From a virus (lineage: Duplodnaviria > Caudoviricetes), in the IMG/VR virus record IMGVR_UViG_3300046786_000293, positions 128,001 through 192,000 of that record: a stretch of 64,000 nucleotides of DNA, one strand, 5' to 3'. The translations under genes and the position numbers were made by a program. Shown here in pieces: positions 8,526 to 17,002 of the stretch. Every line of letters starts with the position of its first letter. Within the stretch, counting starts at the first letter, position 1. Below the pieces are notes generated by a model. The model saw only the letters and a list, made by a program, of their open reading frames with translations. It searched no databases and had not been told where the DNA came from.

Positions 8526-10097
8526 TTATGACGTAATCATAATGAATGGCATCGGCATAACTATCTCATCTGCAACATCTTTCAGTTTTTCGTCCAAGTT
8601 AGGATCGTATTCTCTAAGGAATACTGCAATACGCACCGCCAATAACATACTCATTACTAAATCGTCATGCTCTCCCGCTTTTGCTTCATAGCCTGATCCC
8701 ATGGCCACAAATGTTTTCAGTTCGCTAATTAGTGCTTTACTAGCAATATGTAGTTTTCGAGATTCTATCAATTGTTTCATTTTAGCACAAGCTGCTAGCT
8801 TAGATTTATTGCTAGTATTAAAACCTTTACGATAGATTCTACTTACGCCTGGGCGTTTAGGTTCGCTCAAAAATGATCCTCGAATATTTTCTTCGCCATA
8901 TTCACTAATTGCCACAAGAGTAGCTTCACCAATAGTATTGTTCTCTACACTCCAATAAATGTCATTGTCGTTTTGTGTAGTTTCTACTAGATACTTTGTA
9001 ATCTCTGCCAATATCTTAACCTGTTGTTGTACCGGTGTTTTATTGTGCTGCCATTCTCCGATTTGTTTCATGTCTGGAAGTTCTAGTACTTGTATAGCCG
9101 CAGGGTCTCCTCCGGTGCCTATGCTAGGATCTAATGCTACAATATAAACATTGCCTTTCTTAGGTTTAGCATACCAACGCACTTGTCCTTGTTTTTGTAT
9201 AGGTTCTATTCCTGCCATTTCTACTAGCATTAAAGGATTTATCAACGTCTCATCATATATGATGAATTCGCAATCCATTTCTCGTCGAAAACGATCCTCG
9301 CCAAGTTGTGCTCGCATTTCATCGGCCCACTTTGCATCTCTATCAGGGTGCTCTTTCCAATAAGATCTAAATGCTTTAAATCCGTTGATACCCAATTCAG
9401 TTTCATTGCCGTACTCGTCTAGTGTTTTATTTGCTTGACGCCAAATTTGAGCAAACTGATCTTCATCGCTATTGGGGGTTGAAGTAATAATACATTTACC
9501 ACCAGTTGCTAGCGTTGGACTAATGGATGTCCAAAACTCCGATGCAATAGTGGGTCTAACGAATGCAAACTCGTCGCAGTACAGTAGCGAAATAGACATA
9601 CCACGACCTGTGTTTTCTGTTGTGGTGGCACTTACTATACGTGACCCGTTATCAAAATCTATGCTACCTTTATTATAACTAGTGACCCCAGCACGAATAT
9701 AATCAGGCACACTTTCATATGCATATCGTATACGTTGCATAATTTCCTGCGATCCTGAATATTTGTGAGCGGCAACCAAAATAGTCGAATCGGGCACAAA
9801 CATTGCATACCAAAGTAAGTAACCAGCCGCAGTAGTTGATTTACCAGTTTGACGTGGCATCAAATTGATACTAAAACGATAGTTATGGTAACTATCAACT
9901 AACCGTTCTTGGTATTCAAATGGTACGTATTTCATCCTTCCCCTAGTAGGGTGCTGGATATAAAAATAATTGTTTAAAAAATAATGAGCGCCTGTTTTAG
10001 GATCCGCACATTTGATTACCTCGCGCAACTGCTGTTCAGTATAATTTTCCTGAACATTTGGTTTTTTGATTAATGAATTTTCGATGGGTTTAGCCAT
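8526..10097 (-). CDS. gp17: terminase large subunit
   Basis: PRQTGKS Walker A, LLYCDEFAF Walker B, STPN, ALDPS nuclease motif, HDDLVM. Confidence 0.95.
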   Translation of the reverse strand: MAKPIENSLIKKPNVQENYTEQQLREVIKCADPKTGAHYFLNNYFYIQHPTRGRMKYVPFEYQERLVDSYHNYRFSINLMPRQTGKSTTAAGYLLWYAMFVPDSTILVAAHKYSGSQEIMQRIRYAYESVPDYIRAGVTSYNKGSIDFDNGSRIVSATTTENTGRGMSISLLYCDEFAFVRPTIASEFWTSISPTLATGGKCIITSTPNSDEDQFAQIWRQANKTLDEYGNETELGINGFKAFRSYWKEHPDRDAKWADEMRAQLGEDRFRREMDCEFIIYDETLINPLMLVEMAGIEPIQKQGQVRWYAKPKKGNVYIVALDPSIGTGGDPAAIQVLELPDMKQIGEWQHNKTPVQQQVKILAEITKYLVETTQNDNDIYWSVENNTIGEATLVAISEYGEENIRGSFLSEPKRPGVSRIYRKGFNTSNKSKLAACAKMKQLIESRKLHIASKALISELKTFVAMGSGYEAKAGEHDDLVMSMLLAVRIAVFLREYDPNLDEKLKDVADEIVMPMPFIMITS

Positions 10098-10118
10098 TTT
10101 TCGGTTGCTCTAAAATAG

Positions 10119-10141
10119 TAAATACTATATAATAGTATTTA
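10119..10141. promoter_or_regulatory. palindromic pair of face-to-face late promoters
   Basis: TAAATACTAT-ATA-ATAGTATTTA perfect 10-bp inverted repeat between the divergent terminase and HNH genes. Confidence 0.65.
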
Positions 10142-10166
10142 TTGATTAACCCAGTGAGATTTCGAA

Positions 10167-10688
10167 TTGTCTGACGTACTTTTACTCAACAGTGATTACA
10201 ACCCAATTTCAATTCTTCCATTAAGTGTTATCAGCTGGCAACACGCTGTTAAACTGTACTTTTTGGATCGTGTCCAAATTTTGGAAGAATACGAAGATTG
10301 GTCTATTCGTAGTGAACACTTCTCTATGAATGTTCCTAGTGTTTGTGTGACTAAAGATTACTTTCACTTCAAGAAGTCGGCCAAATTTAGTCGTCGCAAC
10401 ATGTACCTACGAGATATGTACCAATGTCAGTACTGCGGTGAAGTTTTTGATCAAAAAGATTTAACTTTGGACCACGTTATTCCACGTAGTCAAGGAGGTA
10501 AAACAACTTGGGAAAACAGTACCACTGCCTGCAAGTCTTGCAACCATAAAAAAGGCGATAAGATTATCAAACCTTTACGTGCTCCTTACAAGCCCGATCA
10601 TTACCAATTGATTAAGCATTGGAAGGAGCGTCCAGTACAAGTACGACACAAGTCGTGGTATACATACCTTGGGATTGAGCCTAAGTAA
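10167..10688 (+). CDS. HNH endonuclease
   Basis: RDMYQCQYCG..LTLDHVIPRSQGG..W.N..ACKSCNHKK; TTG start. Confidence 0.9.
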   Translation: MSDVLLLNSDYNPISILPLSVISWQHAVKLYFLDRVQILEEYEDWSIRSEHFSMNVPSVCVTKDYFHFKKSAKFSRRNMYLRDMYQCQYCGEVFDQKDLTLDHVIPRSQGGKTTWENSTTACKSCNHKKGDKIIKPLRAPYKPDHYQLIKHWKERPVQVRHKSWYTYLGIEPK

Positions 10689-10931
10689 TTATTTTCCGAA
10701 CCAGAGTGCAAACCACGCTGGTGTGCCCGGTTTGATGCCTTGTTCGCGCATCATCCGGGCTTTTTCATTTGCGGGATTGTGTTGTTGCCATGCTGGTATG
10801 TCTTCGAAACTTCGGCGTGGTACTACACCATTGGCTATTTGATAAATTGGATCGTTGGGATCTAGTACAGTATCTTCATGACCTTGACTGCCTTGCGTGG
10901 CATCTAAGGATGTGAATCTGTATTGTTTCAT
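10689..10931 (-). CDS. hypothetical protein
   Basis: 80-aa ORF in a coupled operon. Confidence 0.65.
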   Translation of the reverse strand: MKQYRFTSLDATQGSQGHEDTVLDPNDPIYQIANGVVPRRSFEDIPAWQQHNPANEKARMMREQGIKPGTPAWFALWFGK

Positions 10932-11311
10932 ACACCGAATTTATTTTTCTTAGGTTTAGCTACTGGGCTCTTTTTATAAGTACTCTTAACTTCTTCGCTG
11001 TTATAATTGCCCTTGTTAAGGTCGTGCCATTCACTACCTACGGCTGCAAATGCTTGTTGTAATATTTCTTGCTCTTCCTTTGTATATGGAATTGCGATAT
11101 TATATCTGCCTACCCAACTTTCTGGATCTATATGAATCGGGTGTTTGCCGTCGGCTACGGCTGCGGCCATCATGACACGATTTAATTCATAAAATCTATC
11201 GGCTAAATCGTGATCTCGGAATTTGTCCAAACCAACTGTAGCTTGTTGGAATCTTTGGCTAATGGGCCCAGATCCTCTTTCATCTTCCATAATGATATCT
11301 TTAATTTTCAT
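10928..11311 (-). CDS. putative internal head protein
   Basis: N-terminus MKIKDIIME, capsid-targeting-like; basic C-terminus. Confidence 0.55.
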   Translation of the reverse strand: MKIKDIIMEDERGSGPISQRFQQATVGLDKFRDHDLADRFYELNRVMMAAAVADGKHPIHIDPESWVGRYNIAIPYTKEEQEILQQAFAAVGSEWHDLNKGNYNSEEVKSTYKKSPVAKPKKNKFGV

Positions 11312-12686
11312 TTTTAGGCTTTTGCCCTTTTTTCTTCATTGAAATAGCAATTGCGGCTTGTTGTGCGGGACTACCTGTTTCGTTTACACTTTCCGCAGGC
11401 ACGCAGTTATTAACTCTGACTCCACCCTTCATTTTTGTTTTAGGGTTGCCAATCTTTTTGCCTGCCCAGCACTTAGGATCTAGGCGTACTTTTTCTTCAG
11501 CAATTACTCGTTCTGCGTGTTCGATAAGATTACGCATGTCTTCAATGCTTTCGCAGTTCCAACGGCGTAGAGCCTTATTGATTGGACTATCCGGATCTCT
11601 TTTTGTTTTAGCAGAAGCGTGTGCTTTCTTCATGCCTGACATACGGGCACAGAAACTCTTGCGGCGTTTAGCACTCTTGCTGCCTTTTTTAAGTTTGCTT
11701 GGCTTTGTTGTAACAGCAGTCTTTAACTTAGATCCCGGATGTTCGCGACGATAGGCTTTGACTGCTTTGCGGCTCATGCCGTCAGTCTTGTCACGCTTGT
11801 TGACTTTCTGCCAATCTTCTGCCAAGTTTGCCTGTTGTACATAGGATTCTAGCTCATCGTGCATGATTTGTAATTCTTTGGGATTGGCCTCGGCAATGAT
11901 GCTGTCTAAATCCCCTTCGTACTCATCCCAATATTGTGAAAATATAGGGCTGTCATTATAAAAATATTCAAATTCATCATCGCCAGCGTCGTAGATCTTT
12001 TGACACAATGCTTTGATAGCATTACCAATGTTGCCTTCCGCTAAACCTTGCTTCTTCAAATAGCCGTATGCACTTACAAAGTCACTGGGGAAATCTTCAT
12101 CACGGAACATACCTTGTGCCCTTGATCCTAATTCTCCTTTGGCTATGTTATAACCAAGATTTAGTATTTCATTCTCATCTGTGAGATTAGGATTTATATC
12201 AAATGTTTGTTGTGCTAGTTGTTCGTAGTAGTAAGCACCAAACTCGGAGCCTTCCGCCACACTTTGCTGACTTTGTGCTTTTTCAGCAGCTTGAATTTGG
12301 CGCCATAGATTATTCAATTGGCCGCCCATGGCGCGAGCTTTACGTTCACTGTCAGATAAATTTTGTTCACGGTCAGCATATTGCCAATTGCTACCGCCTA
12401 ATGCTTTGTATTCGTCTCGCATACGTGCATATTCAGCTTTGAGCTCAGGCAATCTAGCAACTAAGTCTGCAAGTTGTTGTTCTTGCTCTGCTTTTCTCGC
12501 TCGTTCATCACGTGCCTTAACTCGCTCTAAGCCGCGCTCACGTTTGTTAAATGTAGTAAGAGCGCCGGCACGTTCTTCTGGACTTTTACCAAACATCGCA
12601 CTCATACCAGCTTGTGCTCTTTGCATTGTAGCTTTTTTACGATAGTCGCCTAAGCTAACTTCAGTGATGACGTCATTTACTTTCAT
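11301..12686 (-). CDS. modular putative internal head polyprotein
   Basis: MKVNDVITE N-terminus; modules bounded by VAE/LAE/IAE/VNE; K/R-rich segments. Confidence 0.6.
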   Translation of the reverse strand: MKVNDVITEVSLGDYRKKATMQRAQAGMSAMFGKSPEERAGALTTFNKRERGLERVKARDERARKAEQEQQLADLVARLPELKAEYARMRDEYKALGGSNWQYADREQNLSDSERKARAMGGQLNNLWRQIQAAEKAQSQQSVAEGSEFGAYYYEQLAQQTFDINPNLTDENEILNLGYNIAKGELGSRAQGMFRDEDFPSDFVSAYGYLKKQGLAEGNIGNAIKALCQKIYDAGDDEFEYFYNDSPIFSQYWDEYEGDLDSIIAEANPKELQIMHDELESYVQQANLAEDWQKVNKRDKTDGMSRKAVKAYRREHPGSKLKTAVTTKPSKLKKGSKSAKRRKSFCARMSGMKKAHASAKTKRDPDSPINKALRRWNCESIEDMRNLIEHAERVIAEEKVRLDPKCWAGKKIGNPKTKMKGGVRVNNCVPAESVNETGSPAQQAAIAISMKKKGQKPKNEN

Positions 12687-14968
12687 TTTTTAACCTTAAT
12701 ACCTTCGTATTCTTTGATTAATTTTAAGCTCATACTTTCTTTCATGGCTTTCGGATTGTCACCAAATTGATAACCATGCTTGGTCATTTTCTTTTCTTGT
12801 CCTGCAACATCGCCGTCGCCGCCTTTTGTTAGTACTTGGGTTGGCATTACGTGTTCTTCTGGAGTTGTATTAGCATGATAACGTTCGTCTTTGGCTTCTT
12901 TAGTAGCAATAGGATCTTTTCCGCCAGCAGGAGCAGGCATAGATGCTCCTAGTTTTTTGGCTTGGTCAACACTACTAGCACCACTTGGATTTGGAACTGG
13001 GATTAAATTTTCATCAACTTCTTCCTCATCTGTGCTAACAACCATTACACCTTCTGGTTCTGCATGATTATGTGCTTCGTGACCTTCGTGTTCGCCCATA
13101 CCTGCTAGTTTTAGCATTTGCATTAGTTCTAATGCAGAGTCGCCGTCAGCAGTAATTGTAACACTCTTATGTCCATCGCTGTCCATACTTGTATTAATAT
13201 TCATCTTGCCTTGTTGCTGTTCCATGTCTTGTACAGCACCACTGATTGGGCTCATACCGCACTCTTGCAATCCTGCTAGTTTACGGAATAGATTTAAAGA
13301 TTCAGATACTTTATCATCGCACTTGCATTTGCTTTCGTACATTCCGCATTCCATGCACTTAGACTCGTTCAATTCTTCTTCGTTTTCACGAACTTGTTCC
13401 ATATCCCCGTCGCCGTCTAAGTCTGCTTGTTTCTTACCAGCAGCACGTGCCTTAGCTAATTGGCCGCTAAAGTAGTTTCCTTCTTCCATGTCCTCTTCTT
13501 CTTTAGCAACTTCTGGATTTTGAGGAACCGGTACTGGCTTTTCTCCTGCTTTAGGAGCATCCGCCTGCCATGTGCCTTGCTTAACAGTTCCTGTGGGTGT
13601 TGTTGGCTTGGTGCCAGTTAGTTTGTCAAACATTTTTGGGTCACTGCTTTGCATCCACTTCTGAGCATCTTTAGGCTGAATAGGAGCTGCCGATCCTTGT
13701 GCGTCGTCGAACAATTTTGTAAATGTTTCGACAATCATATTTGTTGCCATAGAACGGCTTTCAAACGCACTTTTCTTAGGACGACCACGACCGCGCTTTA
13801 CTTGCTCGCCGTCGGCGCCTGTTTCTGTTTCACCAGTCTTAGGATCATAACGACGTGTGTGCTTTACGCCTGTAGATGTCTTTTCAATTTCACCTTTGGC
13901 GCCTTGACGCTTTTCGCCTGTCTTCATTCCGCTTTGAGCACGGTCCTTAACAGACTTCATCATCTCGTCCCAACCTTCAACAATTTGCTCTTTAGTAAAG
14001 CCTGCTTCAAACATAGCTCTAACTGCTTCTTCTACTTTGCCTTTGTTGTGTGCTTTCCAAGCAGTAGCATAAGCAATGGATTTTTCTTTTGGTGTAATCT
14101 TACCGTCTTTAGCATATCCTTTTTTGATATGCTTGACCATGCGCTCTGCCTTTTCTCCTGGAGGTGCTACTTCATCCATTTTATCGTGATGGGCACGAAT
14201 TGAAGCCATTTTCTCTTTACTTGCGCCTTCGCGGCCGGCTTTTTGCAGAGCTTTCATACCTTGTTCACCGTATTTCTTTTTACCAAGATATGCTTGTAGT
14301 GCGCTTTCATCCATTTCGGATTCTTCTACACTTTCTTTGGCACGTAGTTTTGCTAGTACTGCACCGGCAACTTTCTCGCCGCGCTCTTTGCTACCATAAC
14401 GCTCGGCAGCACCTTTAGCAATCTTTTCAAAGTTCTTACCAGGCTTGCCAATGTCTTTACCGGCACGTGCCTTCTTGGCACTGTAATCTGTTTCTTTAAC
14501 TTCTGCGGCATCGATGGCATTATCAACTGCACGAACATCTGCTTGTTGTGCAGGTGCTGGGTCTGGAGTCATTGAACTTTTGGCCATTTGTGCAAGTTTT
14601 TTGGCTTGATCGGTGGCAATAACTGCGGCGCCTGTATTAATTACTGCTTTATCTAAGGGTTTTAAATTCTTAAGGCTGCTACCAAGTTTGCCTTCTTTAA
14701 CTTTTGCATCTTTCTTTTTACCGCCCATTTCATCTTTACCAAGACGACCTGCAATGACATCGCCACGAGTTACTTTATCGTAAGGCTTGGCATTGTTGGC
14801 TAAGTTACCGTCATTTTTCTTTTCAGCAACTAACTTACGTGACAATACTTGCTCCATGCTTTCTTGTAACTTTGTTGTAGCCTTGGGCTGTTTTTGTGTA
14901 GCAGGCTTTGCGGGCTCTTGAGCTACCTTATTAAAATTGTTTAGAATGTTATAAATGTTATCGCTCAT
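12683..14968 (-). CDS. large charged low-complexity putative head-core/internal protein
   Basis: 761 aa, many V/L/I-x-E sites and Lys-rich modules. Confidence 0.55.
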   Translation of the reverse strand: MSDNIYNILNNFNKVAQEPAKPATQKQPKATTKLQESMEQVLSRKLVAEKKNDGNLANNAKPYDKVTRGDVIAGRLGKDEMGGKKKDAKVKEGKLGSSLKNLKPLDKAVINTGAAVIATDQAKKLAQMAKSSMTPDPAPAQQADVRAVDNAIDAAEVKETDYSAKKARAGKDIGKPGKNFEKIAKGAAERYGSKERGEKVAGAVLAKLRAKESVEESEMDESALQAYLGKKKYGEQGMKALQKAGREGASKEKMASIRAHHDKMDEVAPPGEKAERMVKHIKKGYAKDGKITPKEKSIAYATAWKAHNKGKVEEAVRAMFEAGFTKEQIVEGWDEMMKSVKDRAQSGMKTGEKRQGAKGEIEKTSTGVKHTRRYDPKTGETETGADGEQVKRGRGRPKKSAFESRSMATNMIVETFTKLFDDAQGSAAPIQPKDAQKWMQSSDPKMFDKLTGTKPTTPTGTVKQGTWQADAPKAGEKPVPVPQNPEVAKEEEDMEEGNYFSGQLAKARAAGKKQADLDGDGDMEQVRENEEELNESKCMECGMYESKCKCDDKVSESLNLFRKLAGLQECGMSPISGAVQDMEQQQGKMNINTSMDSDGHKSVTITADGDSALELMQMLKLAGMGEHEGHEAHNHAEPEGVMVVSTDEEEVDENLIPVPNPSGASSVDQAKKLGASMPAPAGGKDPIATKEAKDERYHANTTPEEHVMPTQVLTKGGDGDVAGQEKKMTKHGYQFGDNPKAMKESMSLKLIKEYEGIKVKK

Positions 14969-14970
14969 GA

Positions 14971-15618
14971 TTATTTTCCGTTTCCTGCTTTCATACTACG
15001 TGGGTTAATTATTTTGTTCTTATGTGTACCCACTGGGCTTGCATTGCCTTGCGGTAACTGGTTTGTTGTGCCTTGGCTCATAAAACTTTTATTAGTCTCT
15101 TTGCCGCCAGCAACGTCTGGATATGTATACTTGCGAGTTTCTTCTAATTCTTTAATTAGATCTGGAATACGTGCATCACCTACTAAAGCATCTCCATCTT
15201 TGCCAGGACGCTCACGCTCCATGTTATCTTGAAGTAGAACTGCTTCACCTGGCTTGCCACCTAAATTACTAACTTCTGTTCCATCCATGATTGCTTCGTA
15301 TGGACTGTTAGAAGGAGTTACTTTGATACAAGCAAGACTTAGACCTGCACGCTCTGCAATCAATGTACGAACTTGTTCGTCGTTGCAAGGATAGCAAAGG
15401 CAAACATCAATGATGTTAACTTCTACAGGACCCATGTTAGGAAACTCTGGAGTTTCTTGGATTGGTAATCTTTTTGTGGCGCTGACTTTTTCTACTTTGT
15501 AGGCTTCTAACACACCCTTAATTTTGTTAAGCATGTCGTTAGGTAGCTCGCCAGCGATTCTTAGTCTAAAATCAAACGTTTTTGCTGATTCAGTAAGATA
15601 GGCTTTAAATGCTTTCAT
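14971..15618 (-). CDS. hypothetical virion protein
   Basis: MKAFKAYLTE N-terminus resembles the T4 internal-protein targeting peptide; TAAATA upstream. Confidence 0.55.
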   Translation of the reverse strand: MKAFKAYLTESAKTFDFRLRIAGELPNDMLNKIKGVLEAYKVEKVSATKRLPIQETPEFPNMGPVEVNIIDVCLCYPCNDEQVRTLIAERAGLSLACIKVTPSNSPYEAIMDGTEVSNLGGKPGEAVLLQDNMERERPGKDGDALVGDARIPDLIKELEETRKYTYPDVAGGKETNKSFMSQGTTNQLPQGNASPVGTHKNKIINPRSMKAGNGK

Positions 15619-15657
15619 ACGTGTTCCTATTATTAGATATTTAGCAGTTTTTGGGAT

Positions 15658-16146
15658 TTATCTGGGTTTGTTTAAAATTTGAGCCAATAAAGTATTGCGG
15701 TCTACTACCATACCTTCTCCCTCTACTGCATTAGCAGGTGCATCTCCTGCTTGCTTCAATTGATGGTCTAATCGCATCTTTTTTAGTTGCAAATCGACCA
15801 TGCGTAATTTTTTATCTAGTTTGGCTTGTTTAGCAGAGATGGCGTGCCCCAATAATACCCCTGCTGTCTGGAATACTTGTCCGCTAAAACGTGCTTCCAT
15901 AGCCATTCCCAAATCCATCAAATCATTGAACTTATCTTTAGCCAAGTTGGCTAGCTCGTCCATTTCATCATCGCTAGCATCCAGGCCTTTAACGCTAGGT
16001 AGTGCTTGATCTATTTTATCAATGGCATTGTCTATGTCTTTAAAAACTTCTTGATGTTCTGCAAGGGCTTCAGTGGCTTGCTCGGGCGTTGTGTCTTCCG
16101 GAAGGGCCGAAGGCAAATTGAATAATTCTTCAAGTTTTTTTGTCAT
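15658..16146 (-). CDS. helical hypothetical protein, possible terminase small subunit
   Basis: size and coiled-coil character, late promoter; function inferred from context only. Confidence 0.35.
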   Translation of the reverse strand: MTKKLEELFNLPSALPEDTTPEQATEALAEHQEVFKDIDNAIDKIDQALPSVKGLDASDDEMDELANLAKDKFNDLMDLGMAMEARFSGQVFQTAGVLLGHAISAKQAKLDKKLRMVDLQLKKMRLDHQLKQAGDAPANAVEGEGMVVDRNTLLAQILNKPR

Positions 16147-16154
16147 GCCAATAT

Positions 16155-16589
16155 TTACCGTTTTTTACCTTGGTGGAAAAGTTCGTTTTCAGTCACGACT
16201 CTAAAAGTTAAACCCTGTGCGGCACAAAACTTACGGGCAGCATCCCATTTGCACATGTTAAGTGCGGCTGCGGCTTTGTCTCTGTTACTGCGAGCACCTT
16301 CTAAAGTAGTTTCCTTGCTAGGTTTTATTTCAACTACTTCAGCGTGTTTTTTACCATTTGCATCTACGTAGACCATTAGAAAATCTGGAACATAAATTGT
16401 GTTTTTACCTGTAAATGGATTTCTGTAGTTGACATGCAATGCTTCACTGGCCCAGTGTAATACATTAGGATGAGTGTCCAAGAATTGCATCATACGAAAT
16501 TCCCATGAACTGCGATAAGTTGGGGTTCCTTTCCCCACATATTTGGCAGGATTTAATATTTCGTATTTTCCTTGACTGTACTTGGACAT
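16155..16589 (-). CDS. gp4: head completion nuclease (T4 gp4 / TnsA-like PD-(D/E)xK)
   Basis: YRSSWE, WASE, YVPDF, EIKP motifs. Confidence 0.85.
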   Translation of the reverse strand: MSKYSQGKYEILNPAKYVGKGTPTYRSSWEFRMMQFLDTHPNVLHWASEALHVNYRNPFTGKNTIYVPDFLMVYVDANGKKHAEVVEIKPSKETTLEGARSNRDKAAAALNMCKWDAARKFCAAQGLTFRVVTENELFHQGKKR

Positions 16590-16993
16590 TATATAACTAT
16601 CATTCTTGTAACATAAGGATTAGGCTGAACTACATTTCTTACACCTAATAGACTTGTTGGTACTCTAGAAATATTCAAATATAATGCTAATGAGGCATTA
16701 AGATTACCAGCACCCAGTTGTTGAAATTGATTTAATACTGCTAATGGGTCTTCACGTTGACTTTGTGCTGTATTAATAAATGCTTGTGCAAGTACTACCG
16801 CAGTATCGTAACTTCCTGTTTGTTGTGTGAAAAAACTTATGATAGAATCATTAGTACTTTCATTTACTGTATAGTCAGGTATAAAAAAATTATTAAAGAA
16901 TCTAGTAGTCTTCGTTACGCCGCTAGTACCTGTATTACTAGGCTCTTGCGGGTTATATTGAGGATTTATTTGTTCATTAACTACGTTTGCCAT
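16589..16993 (-). CDS. hypothetical tail/baseplate protein
   Basis: 134-aa ORF coupled within the tail operon. Confidence 0.55.
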   Translation of the reverse strand: MANVVNEQINPQYNPQEPSNTGTSGVTKTTRFFNNFFIPDYTVNESTNDSIISFFTQQTGSYDTAVVLAQAFINTAQSQREDPLAVLNQFQQLGAGNLNASLALYLNISRVPTSLLGVRNVVQPNPYVTRMIVI

Positions 16994-17002
16994 ACATTAC
17001 CT

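Noticed and set aside
8526-10097. Intein or intron in terminase, UvsX or the capsid gene
   Set aside because: Protein lengths and motif spacing are normal; no splice motifs or interruptions seen.
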